64,000 bases of DNA from Candidatus Poribacteria bacterium (GCA_965198235.1 OZ240248.1:4800001-4864000); one strand, 5' to 3'; positions 1 to 10,197 are shown, counted from the stretch's first letter. Notes: a model not told the origin generated them from the letters alone. Program-made: numbers and translations.

Positions 1-1
1 G

Positions 2-742
2 CTGACATCGCAGACAACAAAAAAACAGCGACTCACCTTTGTGTTGCCAAGCATCTTTGGAACAGTAGCGATTTGCATCGCACTGGCAAACGGTGGTTCC
101 AAGTATTTTTACCAGCTGCTGAATAGCATTATCATCGGTGGTGGTAGCACGATTCTCGCTGTAGGGCTCGGAACGCTTGCGGCTTACGCTTTCTCTCGGT
201 TCGACATCGCTGGAAAGGACGACCTGCTCTTTTTTATCCTTAGCACACGAATGCTCCCACCTGTCGTCGTTGTTATCCCAATCTACCTGATGTACAGCGC
301 ACTTGGGTTGCGGGATACGCACTTTGGCCTGATTTTGCTCTATACCACCTTTAATGTCTCATTTGCGGTGTGGCTCATGAAGGGGTTCATTGATGAAATT
401 CCGAAGGAGTATGAGGATGCCGCACTCGTTGATGGTTACTCTCGGTTCCAAACCTTCATGAAGGTAATTTTACCGCAATCTGTCACAGGTATTGCTGCGA
501 CTGCCGTATTCTGTCTGATTACAGCGTGGAACGAGTTCGCGTTTGCGCTCGTTCTCACAGAGGTCGGCGGCAGAGCCGTGACCGCTCCCCCTTCAATTAC
601 GAGCGCGACCGGTTCTACTGGTATGGATTGGGGAAAAATCGCCGCGGGAACCTTTGTGTTCCTTCTACCCGTTGCCGTTTTCACCTTCCTGATGCGGAAT
701 CATCTTCTGCGTGGTGTCACATTTGGCGCAGTGAAGAAGTAA
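2..742 (+). CDS. Carbohydrate ABC transporter permease (MalG-like), 5'-truncated by window edge
   Basis: Frame open from position 2; multiple TM segments; EAA-like loop EYEDAALVDGYSRFQ; AWNEF motif. Confidence 0.9.
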   Translation: MTSQTTKKQRLTFVLPSIFGTVAICIALANGGSKYFYQLLNSIIIGGGSTILAVGLGTLAAYAFSRFDIAGKDDLLFFILSTRMLPPVVVVIPIYLMYSALGLRDTHFGLILLYTTFNVSFAVWLMKGFIDEIPKEYEDAALVDGYSRFQTFMKVILPQSVTGIAATAVFCLITAWNEFAFALVLTEVGGRAVTAPPSITSATGSTGMDWGKIAAGTFVFLLPVAVFTFLMRNHLLRGVTFGAVKK

Positions 743-783
743 GGCTTTTCTGAATTCTGACAACTGAATGCGTTTAATGGAAT

Positions 784-812
784 TTGACTTCCGCATCGGT
801 TTCTGTTATACT
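784..812 (+). promoter_or_regulatory. Sigma70-type promoter
   Basis: TTGACT-17 nt-TATACT upstream of the GAGGAGG RBS and ATG at 843. Confidence 0.65.
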
Positions 813-842
813 TATCGCAAGCAATAGAGGAGGGCGCGCAAA

Positions 843-2243
843 ATGAACAATCACACACTGCGACTCACCGATGAAGAGATGCGGGATTTCATCATCAACG
901 GATACGTCAAGGTAAAGGTCGATTTCCCGCCAAGTTTTCATGAGAACGTTTACCAACAACTCGACGCAATGTTTGAAGGGACGGGTAATTTGGGCAACAA
1001 CGTCCTACCCCTCATTCCTGAAATTCAAGAAATTTTCGATCATCCCCTTGTTCACGGTGCAATGCAGGGAGTACTCGGTGAAAACTATGCGATGCACTCG
1101 CACCGATACTGCCATTTCAACCAACAAGGTAGTGAAGGTCAGAATTTTCATAAAGACAGTTATGAAGGGGACGGGCAGATTCGTCGCCACCGATGCCGTT
1201 GGACGATGGCATTCTATTATCCGCAGGATGTCACGGAGGATATGGGACCCACCGCTGTGTTACCCGGGTCGCAGTATTACGAAACAGGTGAAAGCGCACA
1301 CCAACAGCCTGATCTCGCACTCACTGGCGAAGCAGGGACAGTGACAATTGTCCACTACGACTTGTGGCACCGGGCAATGCCGAATCAGAGTGACAAGAAA
1401 CGGTATATGTTGAAGTTTCTTTTTATCCGACTTGATGAGCCACAAATACCCTCGTGGAAAAGCGATACCCACGACTGGTCCGCCCTCGGCAACGGAGAAG
1501 AATCCGAACACCCAGAATTATGGGAATCGCTATGGGATTGGTCTTACGGGAAACAGAATGGAGCTAACGGTGTCTCGCACGCTGAGGTGGATACCCTTAT
1601 TGGAACCCTGAACAGCGATAATGAGAGAGAGCGGTTAAATGCCGCGTATCGCTTGGGGCGGATTGATGCTGCCGTGCCTGCCTTGAAACAAGCGTTGTAC
1701 AGTAAATCTGATGCTATCCGTGAATATGCAGGATACGCTTTAAGCCTCACTGGAGCACCCGCGGTTCCGATGCTCATTGATGCCTTACAAACCACAGATG
1801 ATTCAGTGCGGGCGAGCGCAGCGTTTGCCTTGGCGGATATGGGGAAAGCCGCACAAGAGGCACTGCCTGCGCTAACCACTGCCGCACAGGATCCCGACGA
1901 ATGGGTCCGACGACACGCCACAGAAGGATTGGGACTTATCGGACAACAGGTTTCCAAAAACGCGGATCTATCCGAGGCTGTGCGGGTCTTGATGAATGGG
2001 TTGCGTGATGACCATTATGCGGTTCGTGATAACGCTGCCCGTGCATTAGCGAAATTGGGCACGCTTGCTGAACCTGCGATTTCTGCGCTTGTTGCGCAAC
2101 TGGAAGATGAGAATCGATATGTCCGTTTCCATGCTGCTTTAGCGTTAAAGGAGATTAAGACCCGTGAAGCACAGGACGCACTCTTCAATCACCTGTTTGC
2201 TTCGCGTTGGTGTGCGCTAACGACACGCGGAACGCCATATTAG
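843..2243 (+). CDS. PhyH-family Fe(II)/2-oxoglutarate dioxygenase fused to HEAT repeats
   Basis: FHKD (HxD), GPTAVLPGS and distal WHRA in the N-half; VRxxAAxAL HEAT repeats in the C-half. Confidence 0.85.
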   Translation: MNNHTLRLTDEEMRDFIINGYVKVKVDFPPSFHENVYQQLDAMFEGTGNLGNNVLPLIPEIQEIFDHPLVHGAMQGVLGENYAMHSHRYCHFNQQGSEGQNFHKDSYEGDGQIRRHRCRWTMAFYYPQDVTEDMGPTAVLPGSQYYETGESAHQQPDLALTGEAGTVTIVHYDLWHRAMPNQSDKKRYMLKFLFIRLDEPQIPSWKSDTHDWSALGNGEESEHPELWESLWDWSYGKQNGANGVSHAEVDTLIGTLNSDNERERLNAAYRLGRIDAAVPALKQALYSKSDAIREYAGYALSLTGAPAVPMLIDALQTTDDSVRASAAFALADMGKAAQEALPALTTAAQDPDEWVRRHATEGLGLIGQQVSKNADLSEAVRVLMNGLRDDHYAVRDNAARALAKLGTLAEPAISALVAQLEDENRYVRFHAALALKEIKTREAQDALFNHLFASRWCALTTRGTPY

Positions 2244-2323
2244 GGAGCATCGGCTGTTTTGTTGTTTCGATCTCTCTGTTTCGTTAGGAATCTTTCACCA
2301 TTAGGCACGCTTCTCAGACACAT

Positions 2324-2782
2324 TTGCAAACTGTGCCTAAGAAGCGTGCATATCAAACTCGTGTGAGTCTTGTTCCATTTAGCAGATACGCGGGTGACAG
2401 TTCATCTGCCAACGTTTTTGAGATCGCTGGTGGGCTCGACAAACTCGCTGAGGCAATAGCCACACGCCAGCATTTTGAGATCGAGAGAGCCAATCTAACA
2501 GCAGAATCCGGCAGAGACAAGGTGCAGCATATCCTCGGATGCTCTAAAGTTCATGCCAACCGTGTTCTGAATAAATTGAGGGGTGGGAACCTCCGGCGTG
2601 TAACCTTTCGCGAACAGATCCTCTCTCTTCTTGGTGATGGTGAGGAAAAGGCGGCTGAAGTGGTTGCAGCGATTGATGGAAACCCAAAAGCAGTAAACCA
2701 TGAACTCGTAAGACTTGCCAATGCAGGTGAGATTGTAAAGGTCCGGTGGGGTGTGTATGCCCTTCCACCCTCTACATCATAA
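2324..2782 (+). pseudogene. Probable 3' fragment of a larger gene ending in a winged-HTH (AbiEi-antitoxin-N-like) domain
   Basis: TTG start lies inside a palindrome with no RBS; C-terminus ELVRLANAGEIVKVRWGVYAL resembles a wHTH. Confidence 0.4.
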
Positions 2783-3305
2783 AGGACATACCCATCTGTC
2801 CTGCAAGTATCCCCAGGAGAGCACCGGCAAACACATCCGTCGGATAGTGGACACCGAGATAAACGCGAGCGACACCCACCAGAGTCCCCCAGCAAAGCGT
2901 CGGAATTTGTAAAATTGGAAAGGTATTCGACAACAGTACCACCATCAGAAAAGCAGAGGCAGTGTGTCCTGATGGAAAACTAAAACGATCCGGTGGACGG
3001 ACCCGAAATTGCACATCGACAATCCGCTCATACGGTCGGTCACGTTTCATTGCTTGTTTGAGGAAGTGGTATAGGAGTCTCTCAAGCGGAAATGCGAGTG
3101 CTGCTGATAGAAGGAGCGGCTTGCTGGTAGCTGAGCCGAACGTCACGTGCACGTATAACGCCAAAAATGGATATAGACACCCGTTAGCACTCCAAGAAAT
3201 GATGCGAAATGAGTGACTCAGAATTCTTCTATCGCCCCAACCAAAGATACGGTTAAACAGGAATGTATCCCATCGGGTTAGACTATTTGTAAATTCTCTA
3301 AGCAT
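2772..3305 (-). CDS. PAP2-family membrane phosphatase
   Basis: KxxxxRxRP, SFPSGH and ARVYLGVHYPTD motifs. Confidence 0.92.
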   Translation of the reverse strand: MLREFTNSLTRWDTFLFNRIFGWGDRRILSHSFRIISWSANGCLYPFLALYVHVTFGSATSKPLLLSAALAFPLERLLYHFLKQAMKRDRPYERIVDVQFRVRPPDRFSFPSGHTASAFLMVVLLSNTFPILQIPTLCWGTLVGVARVYLGVHYPTDVFAGALLGILAGQMGMSFMM

Positions 3306-3538
3306 AGTTTACAAAGTGAGCAGGTACGCTTAAACACAAACCTGCTGTATCTTTTATCTCCAATTGTCGCTGTTTAATTACTTCACAGGATTCTCATCAC
3401 CTCTCCTGCATCTCCAATTTGATTAAAATTGTAGTGGAAGTATGTTGCATATTTTTAACCAGCATATCATTTTTATATAAAAAATATTGAACAAAGTTGT
3501 GTCAATATTTTTGATTCATACCCCAACATTATGTGTAA

Positions 3539-3760
3539 CCGTTGTGTAGGACTTAAACAAATCTCACAAATATGGTAAAATGTATTAGAATCTATACAAA
3601 TCTACCATGTTTGTTGATTGTTGCCATACTTCCTGCCTCAACGTCCACTGCCTCTCAACGAGGTCTTACACGGACTCCACAGGCGTTTATCGTCTCCTCG
3701 CAACTCGTGGCGACGGTTAAAGGTCAAGCAGGACAGAGATTAATAGCAGCGTTGAGGTCT
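3539..3760 (-). ncRNA. TnpB omegaRNA (reRNA) scaffold
   Basis: Minus strand after the tnpB stop reads GCCTGTGGAG-TCC-GTGTAAGACCTC...GAGGCAGTGGA-CGTTGAGGCAGGAA, typical of TnpB right-end RNAs. The 5' limit is approximate. Confidence 0.65.
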
Positions 3761-4815
3761 CTGTCACATTCAAAGCCACATTCGCAACAGTGATATGTGC
3801 GTTCAGAGAGCGTCAAATCTGCTTTCTTGTGTCCGCAGTTGCTACAGGTTTTACTACTGGCGAAGAATTGCGGTGCTTCGGTTATTGGTATGCCACGCCT
3901 ATCTGCTTTGTATTTGAGTTTCGTTAGAAAGCCACCAAGTGCTGAATCGGATAACGCCTTTGCAAGTTTCCTGTTCTTAAGCATGTTGGTGATTTTGAGC
4001 GTCTCAATACCAATAGCAGCGGCTGGACGGACAATCCGTATCGTTGCTTGGTGGTGAGCGTCTTCACGGATATTCGCGATACGTGCGTGGACAGAGATGA
4101 GTATAGATTTCGCTTTATACCCATTCTGACTACCTTTGACTCTACGAGAGAGCCGACGGTTGGCCCGTGCTAACTTCCGCTCATACCGCTTGAGAGGGCG
4201 TGGATTGTCGTAAGTGTCACCGTTAGAACATGTAGCAAGCGTGTTGATACCTACATCAATACCGATAGGTGCTTTATCGTCAAAGAGTGGGGGTTGGTGC
4301 TTATAGTTGCTGCTATCCAATCGTCTGACGGTGAGAGATACATACCACTTGTCGTTACGCTTGGAGACAACAACTTTTGTAATTTCACCACTATATCGCA
4401 ATTCTTCACGCATGCGTATCCAACCTATCTTTGGAAGGTTGACACGTTTTTTACAGACGTCAACAGTTCCTTCGCCATTGTCTGCTTGGTAAGAGCATTT
4501 ACCACTTCGGTTCTTATAGACAGGGAACTTATTTTGTCCTTTTTTCCAACGTGTTACAGCGTCTCCAAGATTGTGAATAGCATTCTTGGACGCATTCTGT
4601 GAGAGGTCTTCACACCAGTCAAACTTATCGTATTTGACTGCATTAAACTCACGCTTAATGTCAATATGACTTCGCCATTCGTCTTGGTCTAAACCGACTT
4701 TGAAAGACGATAAAGCAAAGTTGAAGGCAACACGGGCATAGCCAGCGTGCTGTGCCATAAGCGTGGCTTCCTTATTATTCGGATTGAGTTCTATCTTCTG
4801 TGTTCGGAGGTCCAA
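3724..4815 (-). CDS. tnpB: TnpB RNA-guided endonuclease
   Basis: RuvC motifs IGIDVG, IGIETL and DRDLNAAIN are all intact; zinc finger CSNC...CCEC. Confidence 0.95.
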   Translation of the reverse strand: MDLRTQKIELNPNNKEATLMAQHAGYARVAFNFALSSFKVGLDQDEWRSHIDIKREFNAVKYDKFDWCEDLSQNASKNAIHNLGDAVTRWKKGQNKFPVYKNRSGKCSYQADNGEGTVDVCKKRVNLPKIGWIRMREELRYSGEITKVVVSKRNDKWYVSLTVRRLDSSNYKHQPPLFDDKAPIGIDVGINTLATCSNGDTYDNPRPLKRYERKLARANRRLSRRVKGSQNGYKAKSILISVHARIANIREDAHHQATIRIVRPAAAIGIETLKITNMLKNRKLAKALSDSALGGFLTKLKYKADRRGIPITEAPQFFASSKTCSNCGHKKADLTLSERTYHCCECGFECDRDLNAAINLCPA

Positions 4816-5446
4816 GATTGAGTTCCAATTGTTCTTTTTCTTCGGAGACGATATTCTCTATTTCCTCTGCCATTTTCTTGGATTTATGAGAACGTCGTCC
4901 GTAGAGTTTCGCACAAAATACAGTCATGATTTCCGTGATGTCACGCGTAAGTTCTTCCTCGAAGGTAGGTTGCTCACCTTTATTGATAATGACAACTTCT
5001 ATACCTTTGAGTTCACAGATACGAAAAACTATTTCTGCACCAAATCGAAGCAGTCTGTCTTTATGTGTAATAACCAGACGAGACATTTGACCCTGCACCA
5101 TTAATTCAAGGAGGCGGCGTAAGCCTTTTTTATTATAATTCATGCCACTGCCGAGGTCTCTTATGATTTCAGTTTGCCACCCATTCTTATTACAAAATGC
5201 CTCAAGGACGGCATGCTGACGTTCTAAATCTTCCTTTTGATCTGAACTGGAGACGCGGGCATAAGCAATCGTAGGATAGGCTAAATCGTTGACACCTAAT
5301 AACTCTTGGAGACTGTAAAGGCGTGTGCCTTTCGGTGTTCTTTTCGCAGGCTGGATAACACCGCCCTCTTCCCAACGCCGAAGCGTTTGAGGATTAACAC
5401 CGAGTATTTTAGCAGCCTCGCCAATCTTTACAAATCTATCATTCAT
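4775..5446 (-). CDS. tnpA: IS607 TnpA serine transposase (MerR-like HTH + resolvase)
   Basis: IGEAAKILGVNPQTLRRWE HTH; YARVSS catalytic Ser; DRLLRFG. ATG at 5446 preferred over TTG at 5482. Confidence 0.95.
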   Translation of the reverse strand: MNDRFVKIGEAAKILGVNPQTLRRWEEGGVIQPAKRTPKGTRLYSLQELLGVNDLAYPTIAYARVSSSDQKEDLERQHAVLEAFCNKNGWQTEIIRDLGSGMNYNKKGLRRLLELMVQGQMSRLVITHKDRLLRFGAEIVFRICELKGIEVVIINKGEQPTFEEELTRDITEIMTVFCAKLYGRRSHKSKKMAEEIENIVSEEKEQLELNLGPPNTEDRTQSE

Positions 5447-5452
5447 ACTATA

Positions 5453-5482
5453 ATTATACCACATTTCTATAGTATTTGTCAA
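5453..5482 (-). promoter_or_regulatory. Sigma70 promoter of tnpA, probably giving a leaderless mRNA
   Basis: TTGACA-18 nt-(TG-G)TATAAT, with the ATG only 6 nt after the -10 box. Confidence 0.7.
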
Positions 5483-5568
5483 ATAAAATCTTACAATGTA
5501 TAGAAATAAATAAGTTTGTATAGATTTGTCTAAATTTGACTATATTTTAGCCTACTGCAACTTTCCCC

Positions 5569-6306
5569 TCACAGAGAATGTGGATCCACGTAATCGGCGA
5601 GGGCTCGGAGTGCTATAACCTTGTAATCGTTTTCGTAGAGATACGCCATATAATCTTCAAATTGCTTTGGTTCTGTGTGAACCCATGGATGCTCAATATC
5701 CGGCACACCGTGGAACGTAAGGATCGTGATATTCCCATCTGTTGCTTGAGCGAGTGCCCACATGAAGTCATCAAAGTTCCAATTGGGACCGGCGGCTCCT
5801 GTCGTCGGAATCAAGAGGGGATGATGCAGCTGTGGATTGTAAGCAGGTCCGCGGTCCCCTTCTCCGCTGTAAGGGAACTCAGGAGCAACGCCGCGTCTGG
5901 CAAAATGAAAGCCGTGTTCAGCGAGCACTTGGACCGCTGCTTCACCGTGGCTATAACCCGGGTAACAAAACGTTGCCGGTTTTGAAATGCCGTAAGTCTC
6001 ACAACGTGCGTCAATATGTGCTAAATCCGCACTGAGTTCCTCGGCGGGTTGCTGTGTGACGTTTCGGTGATGGCGAGTGTGATTACCAATCTCGAAACCA
6101 CCGTCGTGTAGTCCTGTTACCTCTTCCCACGTCATATAGGCTTCTTTATTCGTGAGGAAGTTGAGTCCTTCGGTGATATAGAAGGTTGCACTGAAGCCGT
6201 ATGCCTTGAGGATCGGAGCAGCGAAAGTCGCCTGTGACTTGCACCCATCGTCAAAGGTAAGCACAACAAGTTTATCGGGGATTGTCTTCTGCAAAACGTT
6301 TTTCAT
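5569..6306 (-). CDS. Polysaccharide deacetylase (CE4/NodB) family protein
   Basis: LTFDDG, EIGNHTRHH, FCYPG and LTFHG motifs; start chosen at MKNVLQ. Confidence 0.9.
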   Translation of the reverse strand: MKNVLQKTIPDKLVVLTFDDGCKSQATFAAPILKAYGFSATFYITEGLNFLTNKEAYMTWEEVTGLHDGGFEIGNHTRHHRNVTQQPAEELSADLAHIDARCETYGISKPATFCYPGYSHGEAAVQVLAEHGFHFARRGVAPEFPYSGEGDRGPAYNPQLHHPLLIPTTGAAGPNWNFDDFMWALAQATDGNITILTFHGVPDIEHPWVHTEPKQFEDYMAYLYENDYKVIALRALADYVDPHSL

Positions 6307-6422
6307 GTGGCAAATTTCATATCTATATGGAACATTAAAAAAATTCATACTGTGCTGGACTGTTAATTATAGACGCACAATGCTATTTAAATCAAGGAAA
6401 AAATCTGGCATTAATTTCTCCT

Positions 6423-6447
6423 GTAGGAGGGATCTCCGAATCCCGAC
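6423..6447. repeat. GTAG-type REP-like palindrome (GTAGGAGGGATCTCCGAATCCCGAC)
   Basis: Inverted copies at 14528-14552 and 37062-37086; variant at 31702-31728. Confidence 0.75.
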
Positions 6448-6491
6448 TTTCACTGACGAAAACCGATTGCTGACTGCCAATTGAAAAATGG

Positions 6492-6520
6492 TTGACAAAA
6501 ATTCAGAACTGATTTAAAAT
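6492..6520 (+). promoter_or_regulatory. Sigma70-type promoter
   Basis: TTGACA-17 nt-TAAAAT. Confidence 0.7.
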
Positions 6521-6550
6521 GTTTACAGGAAACTAATGGAGGTAAGAACC

Positions 6551-7543
6551 ATGATTGACCGACGTGCATTTTTAAAGTCGATGGCAAGTTTGACAACAGG
6601 CATTCTCTTGTCATCTGCGTGTGCAGAGGGTGGTGAAGAAGGAGCTACGAGTGATCATTTGGGTACTCTCCTGCCGACCCGGAGGTTTGGACGCACGGGA
6701 GAAGCTGTGACGATGCTCGGTGTAGGCGGGTGGCATATTGGGGAGATGAGCGAAGCGGAAGCTCAGAAAACGATCGAGACCGCACTTGAGGGGGGTGTCC
6801 GTTTCTTTGATAGTGCTGAATCTTATCAAGCCGGTGGGAGCGAGAGCCGTCTCGGAAAACTGCTTGTTCCAAAATATCGCGATGATGTGTTTCTTATGAC
6901 GAAAACAACCGCACCAAACGCGGTGAAAGCATGGGAACACCTTGAAGGTTCACTGACACGCTTGAATACCGATCAACTTGACCTCTGGCAGATGCATTCT
7001 GTCCGGAATCCTGCAGATGTCGATGAGCGGATTGATAACGGTATTCTTGACGTTATGTTGGAAGCAAAGGCAACCGGCAAAACGCGCTATATCGGGTTCA
7101 CTGGACATTCAAATCCAGCCGCTCATGCCCGTGTACTGGAACGGACCGATATTTTTGACACGTGTCAATTAGCGATGAATCTCGTTGACATCAGTTACGA
7201 AAGTTTCATTGAGAGAGTGGTGCCGACGCTCGTTGAGCGAAACATTGGCGTGATTGGAATGAAAGCGTTAGCGAACGGTGGTTTCTTCGGTGGTTTGCAG
7301 CACGGCAAACACGGTCCGAATCCGAAAGTTGTCCCCAATCGTGTCAGTGTCTCCGAAGCGATTCGGTTCGTCTGGTCGTTGCCCGTAAGTACACTCGTTA
7401 CCGGTCCAGACGATGCAAAGCAGATGCAAGAGAAAATTGACATTGCCAAAACCTTTACAGGCATGGACGATGACGAACGACAGGCATTAATAGAGAAGGT
7501 CGAAGATATGGCGGGGACAACCGTTGAATTTTATAAAGCCTGA
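6551..7543 (+). CDS. Aldo/keto reductase with Tat signal peptide
   Basis: DRRAFLK twin-arginine motif; FDSAESY, MTKT, SLTRLNTDQLDLWQMH; GGAGGT RBS before ATG 6551. Confidence 0.9.
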   Translation: MIDRRAFLKSMASLTTGILLSSACAEGGEEGATSDHLGTLLPTRRFGRTGEAVTMLGVGGWHIGEMSEAEAQKTIETALEGGVRFFDSAESYQAGGSESRLGKLLVPKYRDDVFLMTKTTAPNAVKAWEHLEGSLTRLNTDQLDLWQMHSVRNPADVDERIDNGILDVMLEAKATGKTRYIGFTGHSNPAAHARVLERTDIFDTCQLAMNLVDISYESFIERVVPTLVERNIGVIGMKALANGGFFGGLQHGKHGPNPKVVPNRVSVSEAIRFVWSLPVSTLVTGPDDAKQMQEKIDIAKTFTGMDDDERQALIEKVEDMAGTTVEFYKA

Positions 7544-7580
7544 TGCTCACCTATGGGAGCGATGTTTCTAAAAACATGTC

Positions 7581-9242
7581 ATGCGGATTTTTGCTCTCTT
7601 GTGTGTCCTTATTTCTCTATGTATTCGTGCCGGAGCGGATGTTAAATTTACGGATGTCACTGATGTATCCGGCATCGAATTCCGACACTTCACTGGGGCA
7701 ACCGGTGAACGTTATATGCCTGAGACGATGGGGGCGGGTTGCGCTTTTTTCGACTACGATGCAGATGGTCATTTGGACATTCTGCTCGCGAATGGAACGA
7801 GTTTGATACCGGCAGGTCCAGCGGATACCCCGAAACTTTACCGAAACGCTGGGGATGGGCAGTTTGTTGACGTTACTGAGGCAGCAAGACTCGACGTGCC
7901 GATGTACGGTATGGGCATAGCCGCTGCCGATTACGATAACGATGCCGATCTCGATATCTACTTTACTAATGTAGGTGAAAATCGACTCTTCCGCAATAAC
8001 GGCGACAGGACTTTCACAAACGTCACCGAATTTGCAAAGGTAGGCGATTCCGGTTGGTCGACAAGCGCAGCCTTCTTCGATGCCGATAAGGACGGTTGGT
8101 TGGATCTGTTTGTTTGCAACTATGTTGAATGGACCCCTGAAACAGATGTTGCGTGTACAGTAAATCTGGCTGGTGAGAAACAATACCGGACCTATTGTAC
8201 CCCTACTGTCTATCCCGGACAATCTTGTCGTTTCTATCGCAATCAAGGCAGTGGCACATTCACGGATATGACATCACAGGCGGGGTTGTCCAATCCAATC
8301 GGGAAGTCGCTCGGCGTAACCCTTTTGGATTACAATCATGACGGATGGATCGACCTTGCGGTGGCGAACGATACCGAACCTAATTTTTTGTATCGCAATA
8401 ACGGTGATGGCACATTTACCGACGAAGCCGTGCTGATGGGTGTCGCTTTCAGTGAGACGGGGAAAGCGCGCGGAAGCATGGGGATTGATGCAGCGGATGT
8501 CTATAACAGTGGCGGCACTGCAATCGTTATCGGTAATTTTAGCAACGAGAAAACGGGATTTTTCTATACAGAACCGGGTGCTGCCTACTTCACCGATAGA
8601 GCGGATAAGGCAGGAATTGGTAAGCCAAGTTACCGTTTTTTGACGTTTGGGGCCCTGTTTTTCGATTGCGATTTGGATGGAGCACTTGACCTGTTTTGCG
8701 TTAATGGACATATTGAACCGGAGGTGCTGCGCTATCAGCAGCATACTCCTTACACACAATCCCCCTCGCTCTTCCGAAACCAGAGAAACGGAACATTTCG
8801 AGACATCACCAAAGTTGCTGGCCTCACTCGCCAAGGTGTTGGACGTGGATGTGCCTACGGTGATTACGATAATGATGGTGATGTGGACCTTCTTGTAAGT
8901 AATAACGGCGTTACCGAAGATTACGGTGGCGTGTGGCTCCTGCGTAACGATAGCGACCCTCCGTCTAACTATCTCCGAGTGAGGGTTATCGGGACCCGTA
9001 GTAATCGCGATGGAATCGGGGTGCGTGTTCGGTTAACTTTGGGGGATAGCGTTCAACAGCAAATCGTCCGTACCGGTGGCAGCTACTGTTCCCAAAGCGA
9101 AATGACATTGACCTTCGGATTGGGAAAAAGCGAAACGGGTGCGCAACTTGAAATCCTATGGCCCTCTGGTGAGATAGACCAGTACGCAGAACTTGAGGCG
9201 AATCAACTTATAGAGGTAGTCGAAGGAGGGTCCCAAAAATGA
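7581..9242 (+). CDS. CRTAC1/ASPIC-UnbV family FG-GAP repeat protein
   Basis: Signal peptide; repeated DYDNDGDxD and LxRNxGDGTF; C-terminal SNRDGIG...FGLG. Confidence 0.9.
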   Translation: MRIFALLCVLISLCIRAGADVKFTDVTDVSGIEFRHFTGATGERYMPETMGAGCAFFDYDADGHLDILLANGTSLIPAGPADTPKLYRNAGDGQFVDVTEAARLDVPMYGMGIAAADYDNDADLDIYFTNVGENRLFRNNGDRTFTNVTEFAKVGDSGWSTSAAFFDADKDGWLDLFVCNYVEWTPETDVACTVNLAGEKQYRTYCTPTVYPGQSCRFYRNQGSGTFTDMTSQAGLSNPIGKSLGVTLLDYNHDGWIDLAVANDTEPNFLYRNNGDGTFTDEAVLMGVAFSETGKARGSMGIDAADVYNSGGTAIVIGNFSNEKTGFFYTEPGAAYFTDRADKAGIGKPSYRFLTFGALFFDCDLDGALDLFCVNGHIEPEVLRYQQHTPYTQSPSLFRNQRNGTFRDITKVAGLTRQGVGRGCAYGDYDNDGDVDLLVSNNGVTEDYGGVWLLRNDSDPPSNYLRVRVIGTRSNRDGIGVRVRLTLGDSVQQQIVRTGGSYCSQSEMTLTFGLGKSETGAQLEILWPSGEIDQYAELEANQLIEVVEGGSQK

Positions 9243-10042
9243 AACTATGGATGTATGGATGCCTCTTTCTGGTAATCTTAGGGCTAATTATTGGATGTCA
9301 AGACAACGAAAGGATTTCGACTAAAAAAAAATCCGCATCCACGACATCCACAAAGCCCTCGGTTTCACCCTCGGCACAGGACTACAATAACAGCGGGATT
9401 GCTTACCAACGTGCAGGGAGACTGCAAGAGGCAGCGGCGGCTTATCGACAGGCTATCGAGATAAGACCGACGTTGATTGAGGCGCATCATAACTTAGGCA
9501 CGGTGTATGTGATGCAGGGGAAGCTTGTGGAGGCGATTGTTGCGTATAAGCGCGTTATTCAGTTACGCCCCGACATGGCAGATGCCTATGTTGATTTAGG
9601 TAGAGCCTATGGGTTCGCAGGGCAACTTGATGAAGCGATTGTTGAATACCAAAAGGCACTTACCCGCGACGCTACCCTCGTCTACGCTCACTATGGAATC
9701 GGTGTCGCTTACAGACATAAAGGCATGTTTCCCGAAGCCATCGCGGCACTTGAGAAGACGATAACCCGGCGACCTGACTTCGTCGAGGCACTCATGCAGC
9801 TGGGTTATATCTATCGAGAAACAGAACAGTTTACCGACGCTGTGGAAATCTTCACCACGGTTACGCGAATCCATCCAACAGACGCTACAGCGTACCATGA
9901 ACTCGGGGTCTGCTATACAAAAGCGGACGCGTATATAGAAGCTATTAAGGCTTTTGAAAGAGCCTTACAACTCAATCCAGATGCTGTTGAGACGCAAAAT
10001 CTCTTGCGGGTTGCCCAAGCGCGTGTGGCGCGTCAAAAGTAG
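9239..10042 (+). CDS. TPR-repeat lipoprotein
   Basis: LIIGC lipobox; about six TPR units (AHHNLG...AIxxYKRxIxLxP). Confidence 0.88.
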   Translation: MKLWMYGCLFLVILGLIIGCQDNERISTKKKSASTTSTKPSVSPSAQDYNNSGIAYQRAGRLQEAAAAYRQAIEIRPTLIEAHHNLGTVYVMQGKLVEAIVAYKRVIQLRPDMADAYVDLGRAYGFAGQLDEAIVEYQKALTRDATLVYAHYGIGVAYRHKGMFPEAIAALEKTITRRPDFVEALMQLGYIYRETEQFTDAVEIFTTVTRIHPTDATAYHELGVCYTKADAYIEAIKAFERALQLNPDAVETQNLLRVAQARVARQK

Positions 10043-10197
10043 TTCATAATTAAGTGTGTTAATTTACTGGCACAAGTTGTACCGTTATTGTCAGGGCGGA
10101 CGTGCCACAATTTCCTGCTTCCCTGCTTGAAAAAGAGGTTTTCAAGTAGAGAACAAAAGGGGTCTGTGGAATTCCTATGAATTCCAAAGGAGGAAAA

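Larger units (their letters stand above)
3539..5566 (-). mobile_element. IS607-family insertion sequence (tnpA + tnpB)
   Basis: Serine-recombinase tnpA overlaps tnpB; the right end reads ...CTACACAACGG on the minus strand (GG at 3539-3540); AATCTATACAAA at 3589-3600 is inverted at 5515-5526. The left boundary is approximate (about 5551-5568). Confidence 0.85.

Noticed and set aside
5490-5570. Group I intron (IStron) at the IS607 left end
   Set aside because: Only about 100 bp of AT-rich sequence lies upstream of tnpA, too short for an intron core, and the insertion is intergenic.
10066-10085. Sigma54 promoter before the LamG gene (TGGCAC)
   Set aside because: Lacks the TTGC -12 element at the required spacing.
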